DNA of 54,838 nt from Girardia tigrina (GCA_001938485.1 MQRK01237534.1:21996-76833), one strand, 5' to 3'. Shown: positions 41,601 through 52,179, numbered from the stretch's first letter. The notes: generated by a model not told the origin, from the sequence alone. Program-made: numbers and translations.

Positions 41601-44600
41601 TTATAATCACGCAAAATGTGTATACATTTTCGGGACACCATGTATGTACAGATTTTGAACATTAAATTTCATACAGTAATATGGATAATCATGTTACGTG
41701 TGAATTAAGACAAGTTATATTGAATGATTTATTTAATTAAAGTTTCAACTAATTAATGTTTTCTTGTTAAATTTCTTTGATTCATTGTTAATAGATTTCC
41801 GTCCTTATCATTTATCATTTTTACAAGCGGTGTTTCCTTTTCAAAAAAAGACACTTTAGGCCTAAGTGTATCATTAGATAATGTCAGAGCAAAAGTGCAC
41901 CGTCTATCAATTTTGACAATTTGTCTGCAACTACAGAATCTATGATGTTTAGCGATTTGAAATTGCTTCTTCCCTCACTTGACTAGACGACTTGAAGAAC
42001 GATTTGGTAGGTTCACAGAAATATCTGTTTACATCTTTATTTTCTTGGTGGTATGGAAACGTTTTCTCAGTTGACAACAAATCAAATAATTTTTCAGAAA
42101 AAATAAATACTTCAAAAATATACATAATTTCTAGTTAAGAATAGAAAATTTATTTCCATGTGATATTATTTTATTATTTTATTATAATTAGTCGAAATTT
42201 CTAAAGAATATTTTTGTGCTGAGACATGATAACAGTAAATATTATATTTCTCTTTTTGAGTTTTCTTCCATTGTGTAACGATTAACTGATAATTTTAAAA
42301 GCATTTTTTTGATATTTTTCAAAATTCCTTATTTATTTTGTTTTTTGAACGTTTCTCTACACTTCTTTAATTATTTAATTATTAACCACTTAAATGTAAA
42401 AACAATAATCAAAATAATTTTAAAATGTAAAAATAACAAGACATCATAGCCAGCAACATCAGGGGTCATGAATGAATATGTGCCTCCTACCCTAGACTAA
42501 ACATTAAAAAAAACAAAGAAAATTATTTTTTTCAGTTAGAAATCTAAATATTAAATGAGATGCTAAAAGGATATTGTATTTTTTAGTCTAAAAAATATTT
42601 CAAATAAATACCCTGAGGAAAATTATATTCAGAAATTATGAAAATTAAAATAGTTTTATTTACCACCCCCTCCTGAAACAAATCTTATTGGCGCCCTTGT
42701 AAGACAATTCAAAACTAAAAAACATACTTTAGTGCATTTATTAACAGATGGGTAAACAGACAAACGTGTTAGCTTTTGAAGAGAATTTCATTTTTATAAA
42801 ATTCAAATTTCATTTACTTGAGAAGAATGCTTCATCCATTTTAAAACTTTACAAGTAAAAAATTTATTATAAAAAATGACAAAGGTTAAATACGAAACTT
42901 GTATTAAAATATTAAAAAAAAGATTGTTGTTTTTGAAATAAATTTTCAAGACAATCACGTGACGAAATATGTTCGGAAAGTGTAACGTATAACATTTCAC
43001 AGCATTTCTTTAGTGTTAGGTTGGGAATTATCTTCCATTCTAAATCAAAACAGAAATTAAAAACTTGCAAAATTTATTAATCTACCAAAGTTTAAATTTG
43101 TTATTTAAACAAATTTTCTTTTTTTTATTTTCTTTTTTTTAATTCTATTTTCTATTATTTTTTTAATTTCGATTATAATTCGAAATTTTTAAAAAAACCA
43201 AAATTCTTATTTCTGAAAATTAACAACACTCTCTTACAGTTAGAAATGGAGGAAATTAGTTTTTTTTATAGTTTTTAAAGCTCTTCGATAATTTTCAGAT
43301 TTTCTTTATAAACCTCATTTTGGAGATAACCTCAGAGGAAGAAGTAATACAAATGGAAGTTTGGAGATTATGGTGGTCACTCAATTCCACAACCGGTATA
43401 GCCCAAAGCTTCCTTTCTTAGAAATATTCCACATTGACACTAAACTTCACAAGAGGATCTTAATTCAGTATAAACCGACAATCACCAAGCTTATCTAAAC
43501 CCGTACCTCCTGGAATCATGTTGGGCAATAATATTGAATAGTTGGTACTTGTCACTGTCCCTTCAAGGAACAATGATCAATAGTCATCGCTGCCGGTTCT
43601 GTCACTTTTTACCACGTTTTACTTAACTTGCTTTGGGTTCTGTCTGTCTTTCTGTTTGTTTGTGATGTTTCACTTTTCACACGCTTTTTTAGGCCACTTC
43701 CACTCATCCGATCGTTCTGAAATTTTTTATGTAGGCTTCTTCTGCCTGACATTTTGAGATTTTAGCATCTCTGCATCTCAAAAATGCTCTAATAAATTCA
43801 AATTAATTTATACCTAACCAAAAACGTGGGGCATAGAAATAATCGATTGTTTCTAAAAAGCAGTAAAGAGGAAATAGCAGTTACTAATAGCAGTAATTCA
43901 GAAATCCGTCCCACGTTTTTGGTTAGGTATAAAATTTCGCACATGTCTAGAAAAAAATTATTTTCCTCTTTTTAGTCCATATGAAAACGTGGTTTTTAAA
44001 ACTTTTTTATTTATTATTTTTCTTTCATTTTCCTATTTCTGTAGAACAATTTGTTTTCTAAAAACCTTAAAATCTTTTATTTATTTATTTACGCTGTCAT
44101 TCTGATCTAAGTACGCTTCTTCATAGAACCAAATTTTGTTGGCACTAATTGTATTCCTCTCAGATTTTTCCAGCACTAAATTTTCAAAATCAAATCTCTG
44201 TAAGATGTATCTTCTTTGTAATTCTTGCAGCAGCTGGTTTTTTTATGGACACAAACCGAATTCATCTTCTTTGATATTCTTCTTGGTGATGATGTTGAAT
44301 GTTGTTCAAAAATTTATTTCACTCTTACGAACGTTTTCTGGTGTTACATAAATTTTTGCGCTCTCTCGGTAGATCTAGGAACCGTCTCAGAAGCTTTCGA
44401 CTTAGTTACAATATTAAGAATTGTCTTCTGTATCTTAGCAAGTTTGTCAATACTGATTCTATGAATCAAATATACACTTCTACGATGAAAATGTTTTGTT
44501 CCGTCGATTATCTTTTCTTGCGAAGAATTTAAAAATTTCGAAAATTGATAAAAAAATTAAAAAAACATCAATAAAAGTAACCGCAAACTTTATTTTAATA

Positions 44601-47600
44601 AAAACAATTATACGAGTGACAGAAAAGAAATACTTTAAGTAAGAGAACGATTTTAAAACTCAAGTTTTAAATTGACCACTCTAATAAAAGAGAGGATAAG
44701 AGATCACAAGTATGTATGACGGAAGATAAGTTTACAATCTTTATGTAAAATGTTGATAGTAAATTGGGTTAAATTTTAAATATACATGACTATATGTATA
44801 AACAGCTGGATTTTTTATGGACAAAAACGAACTGACAGTACTAACTAAAGACGTACTTTTGGATCAAAGTATTTAAGTTTCAAGAGTATTCTTTGTGTAA
44901 TCAATAGATACAAAAGATTCTAAAAAATACGACAATGAAGATAAATATTAATTAATCAAAATGACATATTTTTCCAAAGAACTCTGTAATATTATTGTTA
45001 TGGGAATAATTAAAATTTGACTTTTCTAAAACTGAAAGATCCGAGAATTTTCAAAACTCATGTCCAATATTATACATAATCATTTATTTATTTGACCATA
45101 ATAAATTTAATTATAATCTCTGTTTAAATAGATATCTAATACCTGGTGACCATTTAATCAAACAAAAATGGATTCATATAACCCCCTCTTCCAGTGAAGA
45201 AGATGTCAGTTATAACAATTGTGAAGAGAGGCGCAATTACAAGTGCAATCATAGGAAGCAAACTACTTTGATCAATGAGGATTTGTCCAGTTCTGCCGAA
45301 CAGTTTTTAAAACTTTCTCTTGGTGCATATTCAGAAGATCACAACATTGAATCCATTCTGTTAGTATTGACATTATATTTCTAATTACAGTATGAAATTT
45401 GGTTAAACATTCATTTTGACTATGAATTTTTGATATTTTAAGGAATTCAAAGTAGTTATTTTGACTTTTCAACTCGTTTAAATCTGTCAAATGTTTATAA
45501 AGGAAAGGTTGAACAATTGGTACAAAAAGTACAGCAGTCATTTCAGCGGGACATTAAATAGTCACTTTCCTTTTTCTTGAAAGTTACTACATTATTTTAA
45601 TGTTGAAAGGGGAATTTTTACATTGCATATTATAAATCAGATGTGTCACTTAATAAAAAAAAGACAATAAATATTTTTCCAAAATAAGAGCAAATAATAA
45701 ACCATGTACATAATACTATAGTTTAATAAAAATTCTTTGTCTTATTTATGAGATTTTGTTCAAGTCAATTAGAATATTAAATTTCAGAACTTTAACAAGT
45801 GAATATTGGATAAAATGACATTTTCACGAAAAATATTTTAGGATGAAGAATGTCAAAATATTGATAATTGATGTATTATACAACATTATAACATCAGGCT
45901 TGTGTACCCGTTTGGTATTTAACCCCTTACTGAATCATTTTTTTTTAATTTTAATAAAAAAATATATAATATAGGAAAATAGAAATAAAGAGATATGTAT
46001 TTTTTTATTTTTCTAGAAAAAATGATTTTTTTATGTAAAATATCCAAACAAACAGTTTGTTCCATATATTGCAAACTATGCAGTTAGGGTAATAAAATTA
46101 TGAAAAATTATTTTGGATCGTATATGATCCACTATGCGGTAGGGGTTAATGAAAATATTTCTGTATACTGTGATAGTACATTTTATAGATATACAAAAGG
46201 CTTTATCTGTCTTCGCTCGGGTTCTTTATTATAAATTAAATTTTTTTGAAATAAATATTTCTGGATCATGTACCACTCTAGTTACATCTGCTTCATGCGT
46301 AGATTGATTCAGTAGTTTGGTCGAATAGGTAATAAAATTCATTTTAAATATATAAATTTAAGTAAGAATATACATGTGTTTGACATTTAGAAAACTAGAT
46401 AGTCTCTTCAAGAAATTATCCTCAGTAACAAATTAGTTTCATATGACAACTAAATTAGCGAATATATCAACGCTTTCACACTGTACTAACATTTAACCTT
46501 TTAATGTTTTTATAAGAACGTAGTGTTAATATCTTTTTATCGAGACGATAATGTTAGTAATCTCCGAAAAATCTTTTTTTGAGATCAAGTTAAAATATCT
46601 GAAACAATCATATTCAGGGTTTTTTAAAGTTTTCAGCTGGGTGTCCCTCAAGAAAATGTAGGTGTACAGTATAAAATATTTATTTTTACTCAAAAATTGT
46701 TGTATCACACATGTACACTAGATTTAAATGGTTAAGAACAAAAGAATTTTTTTCTTATTAAAATAGGTATACTATTATAAATGAACTTGTGTAGGAACGT
46801 GTATGTGCGAGAGGGAGAGAGAGTGGGTGGAATAGCAGTGTGTGTATTTTTTAATGAACCCATGCTTTGCCTATAAATAGTCAAAATTTTGTGTGTACAT
46901 TGTACACCTAAAATGGCCTTAAAAAACCCTGGAGTCATATTACTCGTTCGCTTAATACGTAACGCAAGAAAAGAACTTTTTAGACACCCACTTCACCATG
47001 TAATAAACAGTAACAAAACTATGCCTTCCTTCCCATCTACGTGTAACGTAACAAAATGTTTTCCAATCTAAAAATAATAGCTTAAAATTATTATTATAAA
47101 AATGGACAACAAAGTGTTATAATCTTAATTTGGTAGCCTAATATGATAATAAGAAAATAGACTGCCATAAAATTTTACTATTAAAGTAAATAATTAATAA
47201 TTATTGAAACTTTAAATACTTCCATTTAGCTTTAGTCAAAACTAAAATTCATCCCAATATAATACAAAGTATTATATTATATAATACTTTTTAAAAGTTA
47301 GTACAGGAACAAATGTGAATATTTGAATTTCTTTTTTGAAGTAGTCACAAAGTCTGTCTTTAAAGAATAACTGAGAGGTACACGAGCAGGTAAAAACTGA
47401 TTCTCAATTACTTTTAAATAATTTCCAAAAGTTCAACTTGAATCATGTACTGCGTAGACCTAAGATTCTGAGAAATCTAAACTTGATATTTCTGAATAAT
47501 GTTGCACTTTTTGATCTCTGAATATTCTTCTTTATCTTGAAAAAGACCCGTTATATATGACGGAAGAGCTGAATTTTCTTCTTTGAAAAATTTGAATGTT

Positions 47601-47647
47601 ATGAAATTCATCATACGTTATAATATTATTTAAATGTATATACTTAA

Positions 47648-47679
<32 letters not shown>

Positions 47680-47729
47680 NNNNNNNNNNNNNNNNNNNNN
47701 NNNNNNNNNNNNNNNNNNNNNNNNNNNNN

Positions 47730-47761
<32 letters not shown>

Positions 47762-49613
47762 GGTAAAAAGATTCTATAGTCATAAAAAAGGAATTTATTT
47801 TTTTTAATATTAGAGACGAACAAAATATTAAATCAATTAATATATATTTTATAGGAAAATAAATTTCAAAAGATTTTCAAATAATTTTAATTAAGTAGAC
47901 TTTTTAGTTCGTATGGTGACAGGTAATTTGTAAATTTTGTTATCTATCCGATTGCAATGAAAACGAAACTTTAGTTACGTAGCAAATTCTAGCCCCCTGA
48001 CTTGTAAACTAAGCGTAACAAAATCATAGAACCACTGTAGAGCTACTTAATATGTGAACGTGTCCATGTGTAGTTTTCTAATTATGTATACTGTTTTCAG
48101 CCATAGATTTTTGGTTGGAAATTTCAGATGTATTTAGTCATAACAATTTATATTAAAAAGGCGTTCTATGATAGTGTCAAGATTGTGAAAATGTGCAGGG
48201 TTGTCTTATATCCTTTCTTTTGAAGAAAAACAGATGTGTGAAAAATTTCATTCTAATATTCTTTAAATATCAGTTAATTCTTTCTGCAAGCGACTTCTAA
48301 GTGATTCCTAAAAAATCTATTCCGTATTCCTTTCATTCGATAGTTCAAAATGTAATGGAAGCTCACCACTACAAACTTATCAAAGAAGGTACAAAAGACC
48401 ATATTAGTTAAATAGACTGCTCATGAAAACCTTGTTGAAAAGTTTTCTAACATTTATAAAAAATGATGCTTTTGTAAATCAGAAAATCTTTCGTGGATAA
48501 TGGTTTTAAATCACTATTTATAGTTGAACGGATTTTTTTTTGTTTATAATATTGTTTATAAGAGACTATTACACCTTCTGTCTATAACTGAGAAGTTCCC
48601 TGTCCATCGTACAATTCGGTATTATACATTGGGTTTTTTTATTAAAGGATTGTAGAGACTTGCTGATTTAATATATCAAAGTTACTGAATTAACGATCAA
48701 AAAATTAATATTTTAAACCTTTAGATACAATGTTACACTCCTAATCATACTTTATAAGTAGGTTCGATACGTCTCAAAATTCACTGATAAAAAATCATAA
48801 TATTTCTTTTGTCAAAATTTGAATATGTTTTTCAAAAACGTTCTTAGAGATTTTCTAATTAAATATGATTTATTTGATTTTAAATTTAACATAATAATAT
48901 GTTATTAAGATTAAAAATAACAATTTATTTGATATGCTTTCGTATTTTCTAGAACAGCAACAAATAAGAAAATCGATGCTATTACACTGGAACAACGAAG
49001 AGCTAGTCAAAGTCCCGTCGTTATAAATAATCTTCAAAGATTTTCTATGTGTTATCCATTTCACTCTTATTTACATTCTGCAGCTCTGTACGTTAATCGA
49101 AGAATTCTCGCCTCCAATAATTGGCAGTTTAATTACGATGGAATTAGTCCATCAACGAAAATCTTTGAGGAAATTAATCATTCTTTTGATCAATGGAATC
49201 AAAGGTTTCGTTTCTCTCATCATAACAGAGAATCGAAAGAAACCATTATGAAATCATACATTCCGACAGAAAATGATGATAGAAGTTCTAATGAATCGCT
49301 GGCAGAATATCATACTCCTCTTAACCCTGTAAAGGATGTTGGATACTTTTCCTCAAATAACGGATCTGGCAGCACTATATCCAATAGAATTCCTTACCCA
49401 GCAGAACAGGAACAACTAAGTTCAATTGCAGATTATTCTGAATCAAAATTAGATTTGCTTTGTCAACCTCCGAATACTTCAGAATTATATAAACTTCATT
49501 TCTACAATTTTGACGGTCAACCAAACGACCTTTCAAATCAAGATGAAATCGTTGACGATTCCGTTGAAAACGAAGATGAAGTTTCACTAAAATTCAAATC
49601 TTCCGGAGACGAA
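6439..49613 (+). CDS. FHIP1: FHIP1/FAM160A-family FHF complex subunit; spliced model join(6439..6786,15133..15277,23296..23354,23448..23627,30527..30685,32467..32553,32601..32768,35479..35558,45132..45359,48953..49613), 3'-partial
   Basis: All introns are GT-AG and phases match (0,1,0,0,0,0,0,2,2). The open frame is 705 codons and colinear with FHIP1A/B motifs as I recall them: F..HW.QV, QLKMY, LIHR...G...EALL, LxTGLSGLYSSxP, TAYLxLxLR, LxLFRT..xHxEDV, YLIP, W..xYDGxxP. The conserved C-terminal domain is not reached. Confidence 0.9.
6913..7576. mobile_element. MITE with GG..CC termini (Merlin- or MULE-like)
   Basis: ggaacgaatgttatactgccccca..ttatgta versus tacataatgtggaggtagtataacagtcgtacc form imperfect ~35-bp TIRs. 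Flanks tttttctt/tttttatt are a possible 8-bp TSD. Confidence 0.6.
8454..9383. mobile_element. Probable solo LTR inserted in the DD41D transposase
   Basis: 5-bp TSD CGAAT (8449-53 and 9384-88); termini TATGAG...CTTACA (TG..CA with one change). Removing it restores LQPNDFQK*VHYSVRILQM. Confidence 0.65.
8750..9200. repeat. ~48-bp AT-rich minisatellite, about 9 copies
   Basis: Unit approximately aaaatataagattaattaagatttaaatattgtaaaattttttgt. Confidence 0.9.
10323..10520 (+). pseudogene. Partial duplicate of FHIP1 exon 1 (3' half plus donor and intron start)
   Basis: LDYFNENAILQTIFTYFVNETLLGQNKKFGIINQFKMYDSFINFLPCQN versus LDYCNENAIFRKIFTHFVNENSLGQNKEFGIINQLKMYDNLINFLPCKHLMREN; 15-nt in-frame deletion; GTGAGG kept at 10470. 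Confidence 0.9.
11360..12326 (-). mobile_element. Mariner element (5' two-thirds), gapped and 3'-truncated
   Basis: APRSGRP, WLPHEL, ITDDKKWIVYNN and KLMLSVWWD motifs; terminal ttgagttggccaaaaatccattgcg (reverse complement of 12302-12326) flanked by TA. Confidence 0.9.
12825..13370 (+). pseudogene. Possible highly decayed Myb/SANT-like ORF (Harbinger ORF2 type)
   Basis: Fragments RTTNLT, DYCENIKKK and a coiled-coil-like HKKTNLENAMKDHQIQIDVLELQYKIE; weak and frameshifted. Confidence 0.2.
14369..15052. mobile_element. Non-autonomous hAT element (TAGGG-type TIR)
   Basis: (T>A)AGGGAGCGAC...GTCGCTCCCTA with perfect 8-bp TSD ATTGTGAT (14361-68, 15053-60). Internal direct repeat at ~14511/14653 and palindrome at ~14795-14958. 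Confidence 0.9.
15133..15277 (+). CDS. FHIP1: FHIP1 coding exon 2
   Basis: ttgtgcAG|FMLAILHLLEECSLRSSVKIENLSVRLLYQLTVLITREPRLFDYVKYV|GTgatt; matches the family segment 'L..LL..C.......E..LV.LL.QL...L...P'. Confidence 0.85.
15468..15501. repeat. (TA)n microsatellite
   Basis: Direct reading. Confidence 0.95.
15715..17219 (+). mobile_element. Full-length DD34D mariner with long TIRs; frameshifted transposase
   Basis: TA-flanked TIRs of at least 130 bp (15715-15845 and 17089-17219). Motifs SPRSGRP, WVPHEL, EDETWV, HDNARPH and PYSPDFNLCD (34 spacing) across at least two frameshifts. Confidence 0.93.
17561..18657 (+). mobile_element. MULE/Mutator internal-deletion derivative
   Basis: ~270-bp TIRs; 10-bp TSD TCTGTTATCT (17551-60, 18658-67); MULE C-terminal fragment PQFPIKCWNH...KTTNCCEGFHNALN...HPSVW. 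Confidence 0.92.
18160..18375. repeat. ~21-bp tandem repeat (atattaaatacatattttt) inside the MULE
   Basis: About 10 copies by direct reading. Confidence 0.9.
20312..21111 (-). mobile_element. hAT deletion derivative retaining the dimerisation-domain region
   Basis: TIRs CA(c)TGGCGTAGCTA / TAGCTACGCCACTG; perfect 8-bp TSD TTTCACAC; minus-strand LIRIFLTIGISLATYEVSFSKLKLIKNVLRST...RLTNLAISSIEQ. Confidence 0.92.
22560..23080 (+). mobile_element. Ty3/Gypsy pol fragment (protease to RT linker), decayed
   Basis: IFMSNECDIGRTDIIKHEIKTKGKPINIKPRRQPEH; purine-rich composition. Confidence 0.8.
23296..23354 (+). CDS. FHIP1: FHIP1 coding exon 3 (short, non-conserved)
   Basis: tgcAG|(E)NFSLVSKNNETAERTSDIT|GTagat; bridges phase 1 (exon 2) to phase 0 (exon 4). 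Supported by phase logic rather than homology. Confidence 0.6.
23448..23627 (+). CDS. FHIP1: FHIP1 coding exon 4
   Basis: attcAG|ISEQEFGEPFYFIGLIIQLIHRDKDIGRLSQEALLLIFNFTKDDDSDLVDYICYRSDFSA|GTaaaa. Confidence 0.88.
24017..24418. mobile_element. Foldback/MITE with ~115-bp inverted arms
   Basis: tcccggaaatgtgttt...gaggcaatcgcaagttc is inverted at gaacttgccactgcctc...aaacacatttccggga. Confidence 0.8.
24820..25332. mobile_element. Foldback/MITE with ~125-bp inverted arms
   Basis: aaaaacaaataaacgc...ttcgacggtttaaccgtcattatc...aaatgaa inverted at 25207-25332. Confidence 0.75.
28143..28584. repeat. ~110-bp near-perfect direct repeats (28143-28252, 28475-28584)
   Basis: ttgttttttaatgatttttgcgattgatttg...ttaacgcttttttatttca occurs twice. 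Confidence 0.9.
29778..30012. mobile_element. piggyBac-type MITE
   Basis: TTAA|CCCTTTAACGC...GCGTTTAAGGG|TTAA; subterminal ctcgggyttgcgc repeats. Confidence 0.85.
30527..30685 (+). CDS. FHIP1: FHIP1 coding exon 5
   Basis: atttAG|ILVTGLSGLYSSFPRKLENISEDWQQITVDFINSIPELKHSLVLLDFCNLALK|GTaatt; contains the hallmark LxTGLSGLYSSxP motif. Confidence 0.93.
30886..30996. repeat. (TA)n microsatellite spanning a gap
   Basis: Direct reading. Confidence 0.9.
31859..32105. mobile_element. PIF/Harbinger (Tourist-like) MITE
   Basis: TAA|GGGGCTGTCCATAAATGACGTCAC...GTGACATAATTTATGGACATCCT|TTA; repeated cgtcaca motifs. Confidence 0.85.
32467..32553 (+). CDS. FHIP1: FHIP1 coding exon 6
   Basis: atttAG|MSHQKIQMDILEFLYTGFLSPVIGPSLHQ|GTtgaa; followed by a 47-nt intron. 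Confidence 0.9.
32601..32768 (+). CDS. FHIP1: FHIP1 coding exon 7
   Basis: ctactAG|NSLEETISATAYLELYLRHLHQPLLIKLFLQFILTERQENYVVLDSLINRLNSITM|GTtggt. Confidence 0.92.
33100..33738 (-). mobile_element. Ty3/Gypsy integrase fragment, decayed
   Basis: CIECLQTK (end of HHCC), FEKVYIDICGP, YILGMIDHFSKY, FGAPKEIHVDCGKSF. Confidence 0.9.
35479..35558 (+). CDS. FHIP1: FHIP1 coding exon 8
   Basis: ttttcAG|LGVITLSLFRTMLSFHSEDVVFALIF(R)|GTtata; phase 2. Confidence 0.92.
35561..35602. repeat. (TA)n microsatellite abutting the exon 8 donor
   Basis: cagGTtatatata... Confidence 0.95.
36233..36539 (+). repeat. ~300-bp dispersed duplication (copy B)
   Basis: See 2201-2502. Confidence 0.9.
36429..37525 (-). 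mobile_element. Decayed MULE element
   Basis: Minus-strand PIFPINLWNHLNRSCDGMVRTTNAVEGW; imperfect inverted ends tatgactattaaccatagaaaattaaccatacga / tcgtacagttatttgtcttatggttaaatgtcata. Confidence 0.75.
38317..38619. mobile_element. hAT-type MITE with ~90-bp TIRs
   Basis: TAGGGCACGGAATTTAAT...ATTAAATTCCGTGCCCTA; flanks gtaattgg/gtaaatag are a degenerate 8-bp TSD. Confidence 0.85.
40700..41030 (-). mobile_element. Possible gag-like relic with two degenerate CCHC knuckles
   Basis: CFK/CRQYG (frameshifted) and SFKCGKVWYIKSNC. Confidence 0.35.
43290..43620 (-). mobile_element. DD41D/Tc1-like transposase relic (C-terminal part)
   Basis: FLEGTVTSTNY and IE*PP*SPNFHLYYFFL*GYLQNEVYK (degenerate WPPRSPDL..DFFLWGYLK). 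Confidence 0.7.
43807..43933. repeat. 24-bp perfect inverted repeat pair (mini-MITE or Helentron-like end)
   Basis: tttatacctaaccaaaaacgtggg / cccacgtttttggttaggtataaa. Confidence 0.75.
44085..44530 (-). mobile_element. DD41D/Tc1-like transposase relic (N-terminal part)
   Basis: STEQNIFIVEVY, TPENV, STSSPRRIS and KIWFYEEAYLDQNDSVNK (degenerate FSDEAHFxLNGxVNK). Confidence 0.7.
45132..45359 (+). CDS. FHIP1: FHIP1 coding exon 9
   Basis: aaatAG|YLIPGDHLIKQKWIHITP...NEDLSSSAEQFLKLSLGAYSEDHNIESI|GTTAGT; phase 2-2. Confidence 0.88.
45923..46145. mobile_element. piggyBac-type MITE
   Basis: TTAA|CCCCTTACTG...GCGGTAGGGG|TTAA. Confidence 0.75.
47649..47757. repeat. (TA)n microsatellite spanning a gap
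   Basis: Direct reading. Confidence 0.9.
48953..49613 (+). CDS. FHIP1: FHIP1 coding exon 10 (low-complexity middle region)
   Basis: ttttctAG acceptor in frame with ORF 49047; contains YLHSAALYVNRRILASNNWQFNYDGISP; donor GTAAGA at 49614. Confidence 0.85.
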
Positions 49614-49849
49614 GTAAGACATAATTTTTTTATTGAATAAAATTAGTAATCTGAAAGCAGGCAAAAATTTATATTATCAAGAAATTAAATTTTTTAACAA
49701 AATGTTATTCAATTGAAATAATACACATTAAATGCATACATATCCGGGAAATATCACTTACTATAATGTTTTTTTCTCCACAGAAATATAGTCAAACTGG
49801 TACTTCTTGGTGGCAATGAAGGATGGTGATATGGAAACAGGAAATAAAT

Positions 49850-50360
49850 TTAATTCACGTCATTAAAAGATAATTTCACTCGGCTATTGCGAATAAACTT
49901 AAAAGTTCTACATGAAAAGATTTTTGAGCTTAAATGAAAGAAAATAATGCACCCCAAAACATCACTTCGTCGGATAACAATGGATCTTGGCAATACCATT
50001 ACAGCCATCATTTTGTGTATCATCCAAAACAGCAAGGAGCGCAGAGTTATGATAAGGTGTGGTTTGTGGAAAGCTGATTTATTGGGCCAATTCTTTTTCG
50101 ATGAACATGTAACTGGAGAAACTTATCTAACCATGCTGAGAGATCAGTTGATTCCCAAAGTTTAAGTGTAGGACTTTTAAATTGTTCCAACAGAATGAAG
50201 CCATAATTATTTCGTCATGGTAATAAGAGATAAACTGGATTTTAATTTCTTAAATTGGATTAAAAGACGTTGTCTCTTCGTTTATCTAACCTTAGCCCTC
50301 TTTAATTGTTTTATCTTGGTAAAGCTAAAGATGAAGATGTACTCAGTAAAAATGCAAATC
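49850..50360 (+). mobile_element. DD41D/Tc1-like transposase relic
   Basis: RVMIRCGLWKADLLGQFFFDEHVTGETYLTMLRDQLIP then FQQNEA. Confidence 0.7.
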
Positions 50361-50844
50361 TAATACACTTGTCTAAATGTGTAAAGATAAACCATATAAA
50401 AGACACCATCCGATATTTCTATTGAATAAATTTTTTTCTCGAGAATATGAATTTTTGTCTATATGTTTAAACTAAAGACTTCCTGACCAATATTATACAT
50501 TCCTGATTTACAAATCCTGGCTTTGCATTTTGAAATCATTTTATTAAAAAAATTGGTAAAATTTGTGAAAAGATTTTAGACACCAATTTGAAATATTTGG
50601 AGTATTATAATTTAAAAAAAACTACTTAACACTAATATATCGAGAATATTTTATGTCGGTTTTTTAAATCGGATTCCCTGAAAATTTGATTAAAAAATTA
50701 TTAAAAAGTTCAGTGTTTCTGAGTATATTAAAACTGATTTAGGCATTCATTGTATAATGTGCCCAGGATTTTATAAAACAAAAGTGTATTTAATTAAACA
50801 CGTAATAAAGCCAAACAATTATTTTCACATAAATAAGCTTACTG

Positions 50845-51060
50845 TTTAGAGTTGTTCAAAATGTCCTTCTTCATTGTTGTAACATTTTTAAATACTTGGA
50901 ATACAGGAAACTGTAGCCTTGACAATAATTCCATGTTGATGTTCTGCCATGCGATAAGTAAAACACTTAAGTTCATCAACCGTGGTAATATCACTGCGTA
51001 CTACTTGCAAGTGTTAAAGAAAAGTTTTCTATGTTCAGCTATCTCAGTTTTCAATTCGAC
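50845..51060 (-). mobile_element. Tc1-like transposase C-terminal relic
   Basis: TTVDELK...AWQNI...KCYNNEEGHFEQL*. Confidence 0.55.
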
Positions 51061-51646
51061 TGCTTGATAGAGGCTTTCATTCTGAAATTATTAAGACTTA
51101 CCCCTTGTTTAACTGGAGGGGTAAGTTTTTGTTTTTTACCTTCTCCTTTCTTACACATTTTGATAGCGGCCAAACCAATATTCTTTAGTTTGTTATACAC
51201 AACATAAAACTTATTTTTAGTAATATCAGCGAAAAACTTGGGAATAACGTCGGTGCACTTTTGTAAGCTCCAAGTATGGTATTCCTTTTAAAAAAGAGAA
51301 ATAACACTGCGTTGAAAATCAGTCAATTGTAAGAGCCATTTTATGAAGAGAAAATAAATAATGAAATATGTAATGTCTATATAATTATAGGACAGAAATA
51401 TCAACCAATCAGAGGTAGTCAATCCCGCGTTTAACACGTGCTTAATTAAATAAATAGAATCCTTTGGTTTTATTTATGTAAATATAATTTTCCTTACCTT
51501 TATCACGTGTTGGATTAAATACACTTTGTTTTCATAAAATCCTTTGGTTTTCAACTATGTGCCCTGTAAAACAACGTAATCCATGGCGAAAAGAAATTAT
51601 ATTTCTCTATCTAATAATTTTTAATGTAAAATAAATTTTATTTATA

Positions 51647-51746
51647 CAGTTGATTTCTTTTAATAGCACTTCGGGTAATATCATGATTTGGTTAATATCA
51701 CGCTTTTATAATTCCCCCAATTCATGATATTAGCCGGTTTCAACTG
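51647..51746. mobile_element. 100-bp pogo/Tc1-type MITE
   Basis: TA|CAGTTGA...TCAACTG|TA. Confidence 0.6.
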
Positions 51747-52179
51747 TATGTGGAAAGTTTTTTAACTTTTTCGAAGTTTATGGTGCACTAAAATTAAAAT
51801 CGGAGTTCAGAAGCCCATAAATTAGATATGGTTTACAGAAAAGGATTAAGACTTAGTTAAATGCAGTATAGTGAAAAAATCATTTAAAATATATTACATA
51901 CATGGAAATATCAGAAACTTTTTTGTAAAGATATTCAATAACATCCGTAAACAATGCGGCAATTAAATTAATGGACTGATGATGTAAAAATGAAATGAAA
52001 CATTTTAAATTCTCTTTTTCTCTTGTTTTCAAAGTATTCTCCTCTTGATTCAATTTGTCTCAATAGAATGATTCAAAAGTCTTCTCGAACTCATTTTTTG
52101 GTATTGCTTCTAAATTACGCGTTGAAAGACAATCAGGGAATAACGTACTAGTGCTAAATTTCACCAAAAAAACTTAGTA

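Noticed and set aside
41795-42006. Exon-like segment with AG/GT ends in FHIP1 intron 8
   Set aside because: Stops in all three frames and no FHIP similarity; exon 8 joins exon 9 cleanly.
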